Origin: Octopus vulgaris
Taxonomy: Eukaryota
NCBI GenBank assembly: GCA_951406725.2
Contig: OX597815.1
Span: 80,538,001 to 80,602,000, forward strand
Direction: 5' to 3'
Length of the DNA stretch: 64,000 nt
Shown: positions 1 to 12,665 of the stretch, piece by piece
How positions within the stretch are numbered: position 1 is the stretch's first letter
Layout of the letters: every line of letters starts with the position of its first letter
Position numbers and translations under genes: made by a program
Notes under the pieces: model-generated
The model's database searches: none
What the model saw: the letters and a program-made list of their open reading frames with translations, nothing else
What the model was told of the DNA's origin: nothing

Positions 1-348
1 TACATACATACATACATACATACATACATACATACATACATACATAACTATCATTTAAGTATATATGAGCATTCTAGAAAGGCAAGTATATGCATGAGAA
101 GACACATAAAACAAATCATAGAAATCTGTACGTATACGTACATACATACATTAATACATACATACATTAATACATATATACATACATGCAAATATACCTC
201 GTTGTTGATGTTGAAATTCTAATAAAGGAGCCTTGGATCTAGGTTAGAAACCGGCTTTTTCTTTATTGGTAAAATCTTGAAATAAAACTCAATATTGACA
301 TCCATACATACAAACATGCACGCATGTATACATACAAATATAACACAC

Positions 349-409
<61 letters not shown>

Positions 410-410
410 G
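1..410. repeat. (CATA)n and (CA)n microsatellites, representative of dozens of (CA)n, (TA)n, (TATC)n, (GA)n and (ATT)n tracts across the window
   Basis: Directly visible simple repeats. Confidence 0.9.
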
Positions 411-820
411 AGTTAAGACCTGCAGGCTAGTTAGTGTTTCATGGACATTGCATTGCGTGCTTAGGCAAGATACTTCATTTCTCGCTACTCCTGTCTACTC
501 AACTCATAATAAATACCTAAAACTGGTGTAGTCCTTTTTCACTTCCGCTGTCACAAGCTCGGTATTCCCTCGAGTCAAAACTGGAATAAATGAGGGAGTC
601 GCTAGTACGTTCACGATTATGTAGACACCTAAAAAGAGGTCAGAAACTGCATGATAATCACTAAGAGTTTATGCTCGTTAGTAAGTGAAGTTTGTGTTTG
701 AATTGAAACGTAAACACGTACACACAAAACGAACGTACGAGTATGCGTATGCGCGCGTTTGTGTGCGTGTCTGAGTGCACATGTGTATACGTGTATAGTT
801 TATATACAAATTTACATGTA

Positions 821-1708
821 CGAGGTGGTATCAAAAGGTTCCCGGATTAGTAATGCTTAATAAAAAAATAACTTATTTACTTAAATTTTAATATCATCTC
901 CTTCGAAAGAGTCACCTTGTACAGCAATACACCGGCCATACACCGGTTCCAGCGTTCCTGCCCCTTTGGGAGTTCGGCTTGGAAGTCGTTTTCCGTAAGC
1001 GAGTCGAAGACCTTCTGCGATTCGCTCGGGATCTCGACAGCCGTATTAAAACGGCGACCTTTGAGCTGCATTTTCATTTTGGAGAAGAGATGGAAGTCCG
1101 CAGGTGCTAACTCAGGTAAACAAGGTGTGTGTGTGGGTGTGACACCATATTGTTTTTGGCGAAACAATCACGAATGAGGAGAGCTCGGTGAAGAAACTAA
1201 TTCTTCGCGTTCCAATGATCCGATCGTTTTCGCCGAATGTTCTCCCTCAAACTCCAAAACGTCGCAGCAGAACTTTCGGTTGACCGAGACGAATTTTCGA
1301 CGCACAATGCCACATTTCTGTGGGTGATGCTCGTGACACGTCTTCCCAGATCGCTCATCGTCTTCCAGGGATGTTCTTCAGTTTTTGAAGCAAATTTGCC
1401 ACTCGAAACATTGGGTACAACCCATTGCCTCCTTGCTGCAAACTTGCCGAAGCATGCTCAATTTCTTTGCCGCATAATTCTCAAGTTTAATGCAAATTTT
1501 AACTTTGAATCTTTGTTCCTGTCTACGAGACTACTACACGTCATCACAAAAACACAAATTTCCCAACTTGCGAAGTAAACACAGCAATGTCACTCGGCAC
1601 AGTGCCTCATGAAGGTCATTACTAGTTCTCACTGCTGCGCAGGCAACCGTGTGGTGCCATCTGTTGGGCCGCTACAGAACAAATCGTGAACTTTTTAATA
1701 TTACTTAT
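821..1708 (-). mobile_element. Internally deleted mariner (Tc1/mariner) DNA transposon relic
   Basis: ORF 877..1167(-) gives PCLPELAPADFHLFSKMKMQLKGRRF...QERWNRCM, a decayed mariner C-terminus (PPYSPDLAPxDFxLF..LKGRRF..RWxxC). Left end TA|CGAGGTGGTATCAAAAGGTTCCCGGATT at 819-849. A degenerate inverted copy AATCGTGAACTTTTTAATATTACTTATTA lies at ~1682-1710. At ~890 bp it is shorter than a full ~1.3 kb mariner. Confidence 0.85.
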
Positions 1709-1786
1709 TACTTCTTTGAGCCATCATTATTACCCTCATTCCAATTCACATGCTATCCAACACATGCACACAGATACGCACTCATT

Positions 1787-1859
<73 letters not shown>

Positions 1860-2376
1860 TTGGTACGGGGCCCCTAAAAACATCCAGGTTTTGGATTTGG
1901 CTAGGATATTTAAAAATATCAAGAACCACTGCTATGGAGCCTTTAGTCAGATGCATGCATGGTTTCACCCAATTAACTAATTTAATAGTTTGATCAGAAC
2001 TTCGACATACAACACCCTTGACGTGCGCACTCTTTGCCTTTCTTTGTTCTTCATTTATGACAGAGAGAGAGAGAGAGTGAGAGAGAAAGAAAGGAAGAAA
2101 GAAAGAAAGAGAGAGATAAAATGTGTGAGAGTGAGTGAGAGAGTATGTACGTGTGTAAGAAAGAAATTCTGAGAGAGATTACGAGAGAGAGAGAGACAAA
2201 GAGAGTGTGTGTATGTGCGTATGTGCGTATGTGTGATTAAAAGGAACGAGATCGAGTGGATATCTTTGCCAGTGTGCGCATATTGTATGAGATCTTTCAT
2301 ATATCTGAGATGTTCCTTCATAGACTCACCAACGTTCATACACACAAACATACAGCAACACACACTCACACACACA

Positions 2377-2416
<40 letters not shown>

Positions 2417-2934
2417 CTTTATTGCTATTTATGCTATCAATTCTCTGACAGGATGAGAAGTAGAGTGGACACCGGTACCATTTGAACTAAGAAACTTGAG
2501 ACTAACCATCCTCTTTGTCGTAAAGCGTCAGACATTGGGCTCTTTACTCTACCTTTTGCACTAACCAGTTATTTCTGAAACTACGAAAACCCCCTAGAGT
2601 GTTATTAATTAATAAATTTACCTGCTCTTATGACATTTGTAAACATCAATATAGAATTAACAATAGTAATATGTGTAATGTCTGGTAACATGATACCAGC
2701 ACAGTTAACATTCTGTTTCATTTCACAGTCATATTTGATGGATTACTGCATTGTCAGAAGAGGTGAGTTACACACCCTTAGAAAGGAGAGTCGACAATGA
2801 GTTAGAAAGAAACTGACAGGCGTCAGTTAGTGAGACAAACTTCAAAATATAATAAAATTAGCTGCAACTACCTCGCCACCACCTCTGCCACCACCACTAT
2901 TATCAGCAACAAGAAGAACAATAATTATTTTTTC

Positions 2935-3375
2935 ATTTTTGGCACAAGACTTTGAGGGGAAAGGACAAGTTGATTACATCGACCTCAGAACTTCACTGGT
3001 ACGTTATTTTATCGACCCTGTAGGGATGAAAGTATAAAGCTGACCGTGGCAGAATTTGTACTCGGAACTTAAAGGAGAAAAACTGCTAAGCATTTTTTCC
3101 GACGCGCTAACAATTCTACTGAGTTCACCACCTTAACAACAGCAACATTTGTAGTATCCAAAATGCTTTTATGAAGACAGTGAGCCGACAGAATCCATAG
3201 TACATCGGACAAAATGCAGAACAGCATTTCTTCCGGCATTTTACGTTGAGTGCAAGTCCTTCGAAGTTGACTTTGCTATTCATTCTTTCAGGCTACTCGA
3301 TAAAATAAGTACCAGTTGCGCACTGAGATCGATGTGATAGACTTACCCATCTCCCAAAATTTCAGGCCTTCTGCC
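2935..3375. mobile_element. Two diverged family A SINEs, head to head (2935-3130 minus, 3175-3375 plus)
   Basis: Degenerate copies of the family A head and central domain on opposite strands. Confidence 0.75.
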
Positions 3376-3524
3376 ACAATTTTGAAGTAACATTATTTTC
3401 TCTTTCTTCCACGTTTTAATCATCTGAATATCGAGGTGCGTCTCTGCATACATGTATAAATGTATGCAGGCGTGTGTGTGTGTGTATGTGCAGAAAGAGG
3501 AAGTATGTTAGTGCATAAAAATTC

Positions 3525-4258
<734 letters not shown>

Positions 4259-4923
4259 CATATTTATTTTTTTCATATACGTTTTTACATTTTTTATTTT
4301 TCAATTATCATTTGATATGATTCTTCGAAATATTTTTTTTTTTTTTTCCTTTTTTTCTCATCTAATGTTAATCTTCTGCTTTTTTTTAATAACCTGCTTT
4401 CGAAATTCCTATTTCCAGGTTTCACTTTTCGTTTGGAATTATAATTTCGAATTATTCTCTAAAATATTGTCTCTTATGTACATTATATCAGATTAAATCT
4501 ATAAAAAACTATTTTTTTTTAAAATTCCATTTCTACCAGTTGAAGAACCGATAGTTTGAATAAAACCTGATAACCCTCTAATTTTATTATCGAATATTTC
4601 TCAGGAATTTCTATGCACTAACACGTTTCCCTTTTTTGCACACACACACACACACACTCATACACATGCATACATTTATACATGTACGCATACACGCAAC
4701 TCGATATTCAAATATATACATATATATATATACAGAGAGAGAGAGAGAGAACAAGAGAGAGAAAAAGTGAGAGAGAACAAGAGAGAGAAAAAGTCTACAT
4801 AATCAACCTGGTTTAATGGTCGACTTTGAATGACCCATTTTGAATTGGGGTCAAGTCAATCGTGATGTTCTGCAAACTATACATATATGAATATGTGTAT
4901 GTATTCGTATGTATGTTATTATG

Positions 4924-4970
<47 letters not shown>

Positions 4971-5439
4971 GTATATGTATATATAAATGTCAACCGAATC
5001 TGGCCACAAGTAGTTTGAAAGGTGAAGTTAAATCAAGATTGTACCCCTTAATAAAGAACTGAATTCACGTTGGTTAAATAAACATTTCGATGTCTACGGT
5101 AGTGTGTTTCGTGATTCTAGTTCGTTAATTAAAATCAACAGTAGAGTCGTGCAAGAAATGAGGTTCGGACAACCAAGTTGCGGATTTTCCACGAATCAAA
5201 CCTGATTTCTGGTTTCGATAGCTACTCGAGAATCATTTTTTGCTTAATTTTTACTTATAATACCCTATCAAGATTATAGACTTGTTCATCCTCTATTCCA
5301 CTCTAAGATTTCTCAATGAAGATGGCTTGTTCTATAATTCTGCTGGGAGGAACACAACAAAATTATAGAGCAAATTGTCAAAAGCTGATGATTCTATAGC
5401 AATCAATATTCCAGGAATAAGACAGGTACCGCCAATATT

Positions 5440-5838
5440 TTTTTCTACTCTAGGCACTAAGCCTGAAATCTTTGGGGAGGGCCCAGTCGATTAGATCTAA
5501 CCCAGTACGCAGCTGGTACTTAATTTATCGACCCCGAAAGGATGAAAGGCAAAGTCGACTTCGGCGGAATTTGAACTCACAACGTAAAGACATGCGAAAT
5601 ACCTATTTCTTTACTACCCACAAGTGGCTAAACACAGAGAGGACAAACAAAGACAGACAAACGGATTAAGTCGATTATATCGACCTCAGTGCGTAACTGG
5701 TACTTAATTTATTGACCCCGAAAGGATGAAAGGCAAAGTCGACCTCGGCGGAATTTGAACTCAGAACGTAGCAGCAAACGAAACACCGCTAAGTATTTCG
5801 CCCGGCGTCCTAACGTTTCTGCCAGTTCGCCGCCTTTG
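5440..5838 (-). mobile_element. Dimeric family A SINE
   Basis: Two tandem central domains (GACCCCGAAAGGATGAAAGGCAAAGTCGAC at ~5530 and ~5714). Flanked by a 15-bp TSD, GGTACCGCCAATATT (5425-5439) and GGTGCCGCCAATGTT (5839-5853). Confidence 0.9.
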
Positions 5839-6150
5839 GGTGCCGCCAATGTTACCAAATCAAATGAAATACTTCAATGAAAGTTACACCAATATCTACT
5901 TCCATACTAGACTATAAATAAAGTCCACGACCGAGGGATATCCAAAAGATTACTAAGCATATTTCAGGTGTCTCAATGCATATGAACTACTTCACTTAAT
6001 TGGTAGTTACACTTTAGATGGTGTTTTGTTTAAACCACGTATGATTTTAATACCAAGCATGAACGTTTCGGCATATAATTCACTTTATATGTGCATGTGT
6101 GTGTGTGTGTGTGTGTGTGTGATTCGCTTCCAATATTTTGAATGCCGTTA

Positions 6151-6370
6151 AGGCGACGAGCTGACAGAATTGTTAGCATGCCGGGTAGAATGCCCAGCAA
6201 CATATCGTCCATCTTTATGTTCTGAGCTCAAATTCCGCCAAGGTCGACTTCACCTTTCATCCTTTCATACTCGATGAAATAAGCACTACTTGAGCTTTGT
6301 GGTCGATCTGATCGACTTCACCGTTTCCAGTGAAACTGCTGGCCTTGTGACAAAATTTGAAACTAATATT
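6151..6370 (+). mobile_element. SINE family A
   Basis: AGGCGACGAGCTGACAGAATTGTTAGC...TCAAATTCCGCCAAGGTCGACTTCACCTTTCATCC. Confidence 0.85.
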
Positions 6371-8157
6371 TTAAGTACGATTTGTTGATTCTTCAGTAAA
6401 AAATAAAGTAACAAGTATACGTTGTTTTCGACTTTGTTGGCTTGTTATATTAGATAATAATTCACCTATAAAAAGCTAGATAGATAGCAAATTTATCAGT
6501 GACATTTACCTAAGATTTAGTGTGATAACAAATATACTTTTTTCTAGACTCGAAACAAGGTAGTGGTTTTTAAAAGATTGTGGCAAATAATTATTAATTT
6601 GGGATTTACAAGGTAAAAAATAAGTAATAAAAGGATTTGCTAAGTAAAATTTAAGTGATAATTGTTAATAGACAGAATAACATATTTTGCTACTAAACTG
6701 CATCCGCCTGTAATCATATGAAATTAAAATTATACGTATGTACAGTGAGCACTAATAGTATTTTGTCGATAAAAAGTGACGTGTTCAAATTCTTGCGTGG
6801 AAAAAAGACAACAAACTGTTCATTATCAAAAGTCTCAATTATAAGGACACACGTTCTTATAGATGAGATCTTTCACAATGAACTCATTAGCCTTGAGATT
6901 GTCAAACGTTTTGTTATGTTGCTTTCTATTTTGTTAATTAACCGATTCCATTACCAACTATGACACAAAATAAGACACTGAGTTATGAGAATATTGTCGC
7001 TTAATTTATGTCAGATATTTTGAAAAATTTAGTTAAAGTGTGTTATTAAACTGAAAACAACTCGGTAGAGCTTGTATTCTCTTAGACGTATTTCTCTCCA
7101 GACTACAAGTCTCCAGACTATTATTATTATCATCATTATTATTATAATTCTTGTTGTTCTCCATCAGTAACAAAAACAAGAAAAGCGAAGTTTGAGAACA
7201 CAGTTAATAGCACATATAACATGTAAAGTAAAGTATTTGTTCATTAAAGAACTGAAATCGTGTCGCAAATTCAGCGTTGCTACGAACTTTTAACCATTCT
7301 TGTACATAAAACATAATAGACTAAAGTATATGTATACTGTTTTTGTATAGTACGTTGAAGAAAATATGATTCCTCTTCCTCTATTAACACTTGTGTTCAT
7401 CACTGAGATAATAACCTTCCATTGTATGATTTCAAGCCACGTGGGAGTAGATATTAGAGATAAGCAATGATCAGCCACTGTGAGTTATAGTGACCTCTTA
7501 TAGAGTATTTGATTAGATTACAGTGCTGAAATTTATTTCGTCTGTGGATCTGAAGTAGGTAGCGGGAATTCACCGTGGTTTATTTTCTATTGGGTGGGGG
7601 GAGATCCTGAAAGCAGCGGAATCAGCGGAAGGCACTCGCAGCTTGAGACTAAGCACTATACGAAATAATGTAGAAGAGACGATCATTACCACAAGCATAA
7701 AGTCCAGTATTGCCGAAAAAAAAAAAGGAAAAAACATCACGAGGAAGTCACTGAATTGTCACATGGAAATAGCAGGCAAACCCACTAAAATCCCTTGATG
7801 CCATCTTGTCAAAAGCAAGATGGAAATATAAATTCTCTGTACTCGTCGAAAGACTGAATACCCATGGCCGCAATGCCTTGAATTAGAGGTTTCTTCTATC
7901 AGGGTTAATCTCGAATCGAAGTAGCATTAACGATAGCACCATTAAGAATAGCTAAACTATAGGAGTTAGCGGAAGAGCTTCTTGATCGCTTGAGCTATTA
8001 GAAATATCGACGAAATCTCTCTCAAACAGCACCCTGTCGTCTTCAAAATGACAGGATACACTTTATGCAGTCCTCAATTCATACAAATAATTAAAGGACC
8101 AGTCGTTCATGTCTGAAATACATAGATATTACAGATGCAGTATTTGATATGAACATT

Positions 8158-8530
8158 CGCTGGCAGAATCGTTTGCATGCTGAGCGAAATGCTTAGCGGT
8201 ATTTCGCCCATTTTAACACTGAGTTCAAATTCCGCCGACAATGACTTTACCTTTCATCCTTTCGGGGTCGATATAATCGACTAGTCCCCACCCCACAAAT
8301 TTAAGGCTTTGTGCTTCCAGTAGAAAGGATCGTTGCTATTAAGACGGAGAGCTGGCAGAATCATTAGCACGCTGGACAAAATGCTTAGCAGTATTCCTGT
8401 CGCTACGTTGAGTTCAAATTCTGCCGAGGTTGACTTTACTTTTCATCCTTTCGAAGTCGATAAATTAAGTACCAGTGAATCACTGGAGTCGATGTAATCG
8501 ACTAGTCATCTCGCTCCAAATTTCAGGCCT
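8158..8530 (+). mobile_element. Two tandem family A SINEs
   Basis: Heads at ~8158 and ~8345, each followed by a B-box and the central domain. Confidence 0.85.
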
Positions 8531-8589
8531 GGAAGATTCATCTCCTGATTTTCACCTCTCCTAATATTTGATTCCCTGTTGTTAATTCC

Positions 8590-8855
8590 GTTACTATTAT
8601 TATTGTTTAAGATGTCACACAGTATCCAATATCGTGATGTTGTTGATTGAAGATATTGTGTCTACCGGGGGTTTATAATGTTTGTCAAGTCACAACAAGG
8701 ACTTCAGACAGACAGTACTTTGCACAATATGCGTGCTGTTCCAAGTAATGCCGATCTTTTGCAATACACCTAGATTGCAATACATCTAGATTTAGGGTAT
8801 TTCTAGAGTTGCTTTCTTTTTCAGGTTAGGTGGTACTGAACCCAATACTCCGATT
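8590..8855 (-). mobile_element. 3' end fragment of R4/Dong-like RLE non-LTR retrotransposon
   Basis: Minus strand reads IIIGVLGSVPPNLKK...LQ(K)RSALLGTARILCKVLSV*, the typical C-terminus of R4-clade ORFs. It is followed by a short 3' UTR ending in AATAATAAT, and its 5' truncation abuts (TAA)n at 8853-8960. Confidence 0.7.
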
Positions 8856-8865
8856 ATTATTATTA

Positions 8866-8944
<79 letters not shown>

Positions 8945-9142
8945 TATTATTATTATTATTATAATTCTTGTTGTTCTTCATCAGTAACAAAAATAAGAAA
9001 AGCTTGATATCACTTGCCTGGAAAACTCCCAGTTTCAAGGAAAATGAACGAAGCCAAGTTTTAAGATTGAAAACATACATTACAAACATAAACGACAAAT
9101 ACGATAAACATAAGCAAACAGGTATAGAGTGAGAATAAATGA

Positions 9143-9247
<105 letters not shown>

Positions 9248-9436
9248 ACTTATTTTGCCGATCTTTTTTGCCGAACAGGGGTGTAAACAAACCATCAACG
9301 GTTGTCAAGCGGTGAAGTGGGACAAATGCAAATACAAAGTCACACGCGCAGGCGCACGCACACGCACACCACACACACATATATATGTATCTATATATAC
9401 GCAGTTTGTCTGTGCGTGTTTTTGTGTCTGTTTGCT

Positions 9437-9478
<42 letters not shown>

Positions 9479-9611
9479 CAAACACAAACATACGTCTAGG
9501 GGCAACTCCCTTTTTTAACTAAAAATTACCATAATACTATTTTTTCTATAACTCTCTAAAAATGCTTTATGTTATTTCAAAACCTGAGCAACGCCGGGCG
9601 ATACTGCTATG

Positions 9612-9681
<70 letters not shown>

Positions 9682-11289
9682 CATGGACACAAATACATCT
9701 ATATATATATATATACACAATAGATCTCTTTCCTCAACGAAAAGAGCTAAAGTAACAAAACAGCATTTTGCAAGCAAATAACGTAAAAAAAACCCCAGAA
9801 AGTGGAAGCACTAAGTGAAATGCATGTGTATGTACGTAAGCAATGAAAGAGACAGAGAAAGAGAGAAAGCGGAGGGGAAAGATGAAGACAGAGAGGGAAA
9901 AAACTATATAATTAGATTTAAATTTGCTTACAATGTCCATTGGTTACAACGGAACATATTATAGAGATTAGACAGCATGCTGTCATCTATTTTGTTGTCA
10001 ATAATCTCGTCAACTAAACAATTTGTCGTTGTTTAGTTTTGTTTTTTGTGTAAAGAAAAAAGAAAAAAATGCAATATATTTGTATTTCCTTTATAGTTAG
10101 TTGTAAATTTCAGTTCATAATAGTTCAATAACTATCATCAATGGAAGCTTTCGAGAGGAAAAAAAGAAATGAAGGACACAATCTTGAGATGTGTATGTGT
10201 GTGCGTGTGTGTGTGATGCGGTGGTGGTAGCAGGACAGAAAATGAACGAAAATAAAAGATGTCTTTTAAAAAAAAAAAAAAAAAAAAATAAATAAATAAA
10301 TGTACAGGCAATAAAAACATAATTCACCATTTATGGACGCAATTTGCTCTACTTTATTATTTGTATTGTTGATAAAAGATGGAGTAAATTTTTTCTGTTA
10401 TTATGTCAAGTCATAATATAACTAATAGAAAATGTTTAATGAACTATTATAATTAATGTTATATATTATCATTCGGATTTTTTTGGTGTGATTTATACTG
10501 ATTGTTATTTTTGTTGTTTCTTGATTTATTTCCTTAACCGTTCTGCATTTCTGCGGTTGGTTTTGCGAACACTTTCTCTTTTTATTCTTTATTAATTTCA
10601 CGGTTTATATTGTCCCTTTCACAGTGTTTGTTCGTAATCCATTTTTGCTGTTTTCTTAACTGTCATACTTTTGTTTTGTTTTTGTTGTTGTTGTTGTTAT
10701 TATCTTTGTTGTTAATATCGTTGTTACTCCACGTGGTATCCTTTTGATGATGTATTCTTTTCATTATTCTTATTGTTATTATTAATTTTCTACGTTTGCT
10801 TACATCGTTCCTATCGATGTTCCTGTTACTGGTACTATTTTTGTTGTTGTTTGTGTTAACGTTCATACCTTATTTATAGTGAATTTTCATTATAGATAAG
10901 GCATGTAAGCAGTCTTAGTGTTTATATGGTTCTTGTTTCTATTGTGGTTTTACTCCATGTTCTTATCGCTGTTGTTCTTCGTATTTGTATGCACAGTGTA
11001 GGTATTAACTTCTGAAGAATAAAAAGAGTTTGTTTTTTTTGCTTCCATCAAGTCTAAAGATATTATCATTGTAGTTGTTACCCTTTATAAATATATGCCA
11101 TTACAAATCGAAATTTTTCTATATGACACACATTTTTCCCTTCATCTAATTTATAGTTTTTTTTTTCTTTCCCTCGATCTTAAAACTGTCTACTGTTTCT
11201 GCAATTGGTCATTGTTTCCCCACGTGGCATTATAAAATACAAGATTGTTGTAATAATTATTGTAACTTGTTTTATATTATTACTCTTAT

Positions 11290-12665
11290 TATTATCTTTT
11301 CCTTTCAATTTTGTTTCTCTTTCTTGCCGAGTGTCTACCCAACACCTAGGGCAAAGAAACTCAAACTCACAGTATACATTGGTAGGCCATCAAAATAAAC
11401 GCACCAGATTGTTCATTTACAGTGTTGTGATAGGAAAAAAGAAGAAATACAGAGGAAAGAAAGAAGAAAGAAAAATGAGGCTTTGTGGGAACTCCTGGAA
11501 TCATGCGTGTGTAGAGTAGAGAGCTTGCTGCCTGCAGCCTACAGTACCATGCTCTCTTTTCGTTTCTGATATTATTAGTATGAGTTTTTCTTCTTTCAAT
11601 TTTGTTTTCTTGCCGACGTTTTCCCAATTGCAAGGACAAAGAAACTCCTTGATAGGCCATTAAACTAAACACACCATGTTGTTCATTTTCAAAATGAAAT
11701 GAGGTTATGTGAAAAAAGTAAATAAAAATTAAAAATATAAAAATACATAGGTAGTAATCGTTCTCAATACGTGTGACTTACTAGTTAAAACAATCTTTTG
11801 CATTTCTTGTAGGCATGGTTAGCCAAGGATCATTCTCAAATAATTTTCGGTTCCTTTTTTGATCATTCCAAGTGCTTCTACAATCATTGGTATTGTAACT
11901 GCCTTGAGATGCCACATTTTTTTTTCAGTTTCTATGAGCAAATCTTTATATTTTTTGAGCTTGTCAAATTCTTTTACCGAGATATTATGATCACAAGAAA
12001 TTCTCATGTCAATCAATAAACAAACTTTATTGCTTTGGTCTTTCACAACATACGGTTTATTAGTTTTCATGGTTCGGTCTGTATGTACTGGAAAGTTCCA
12101 AAGAATCATTATATTTTCTCCCTCATTTACAACCTCGGGGTGGTGATTATAAAATCAAAAACTGCCGACAATTTAAACAATGTAAACATTGGCCAACTCT
12201 GTCTTGATATGATTTATACTCCACTGGTACTAAGGCTTTAAATCCAGAGATTAGATGGTCCACTGTTTCAGTCACATCGACGTTTTATATCTACTCCCTG
12301 TTTCATCACATTTGTCTTGGTAGTTACGGGTCAATAGGCGTTGATCTTGAGCAGCTAAGATGAATCATTTGCACTTTACCTTTATCATTGAGCATCCTAG
12401 CCACTGATGGGTATACTTCTGTTCAACAACACCGTGTTTGCTGCGGACTACACATTTGCTATGGAGAAGTTTCTGCTCCCGCCTACCAACCAATTGTTCA
12501 AGTGCTCTTCTTTTTGTGTGGTACATCTTGTTGCAAATCAGCAGCGTAAAATTTTTCTTATAAATTTTCTTTTCTTTATTTCATTGATATTCTAGTTCAA
12601 CACATTGAAAATATAAGTAATAACTGGAGCAGCTAAGGAATTTAAGGTTAACACCTTGTTATGAA
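11290..12665 (-). mobile_element. Decayed R4/Dong-like RLE retrotransposon 3' portion (RT thumb, restriction-like endonuclease, duplicated 3' UTR)
   Basis: ORF 11819..12109(-) ILWNFPVHTDRTMKTNKP..KDQSNKVCLLIDM...KEFDKLKKYKDL...MWHLKAVTIPMIVEALGMIKK is a PD-(D/E)xK RLE domain. Upstream fragments include LAAQDQRLLTRNYQ and NKVLTLNSLAAPV. The 3' UTR block is repeated at ~11300-11420 and ~11590-11690. Confidence 0.85.

Noticed and set aside
5472-5669. Recurring peptide RNWYLIYRPRKDERQSRPRRNLNS in several ORFs (also 4050, 22895, 50929)
   Set aside because: It is the antisense translation of SINE family A, not a protein family.
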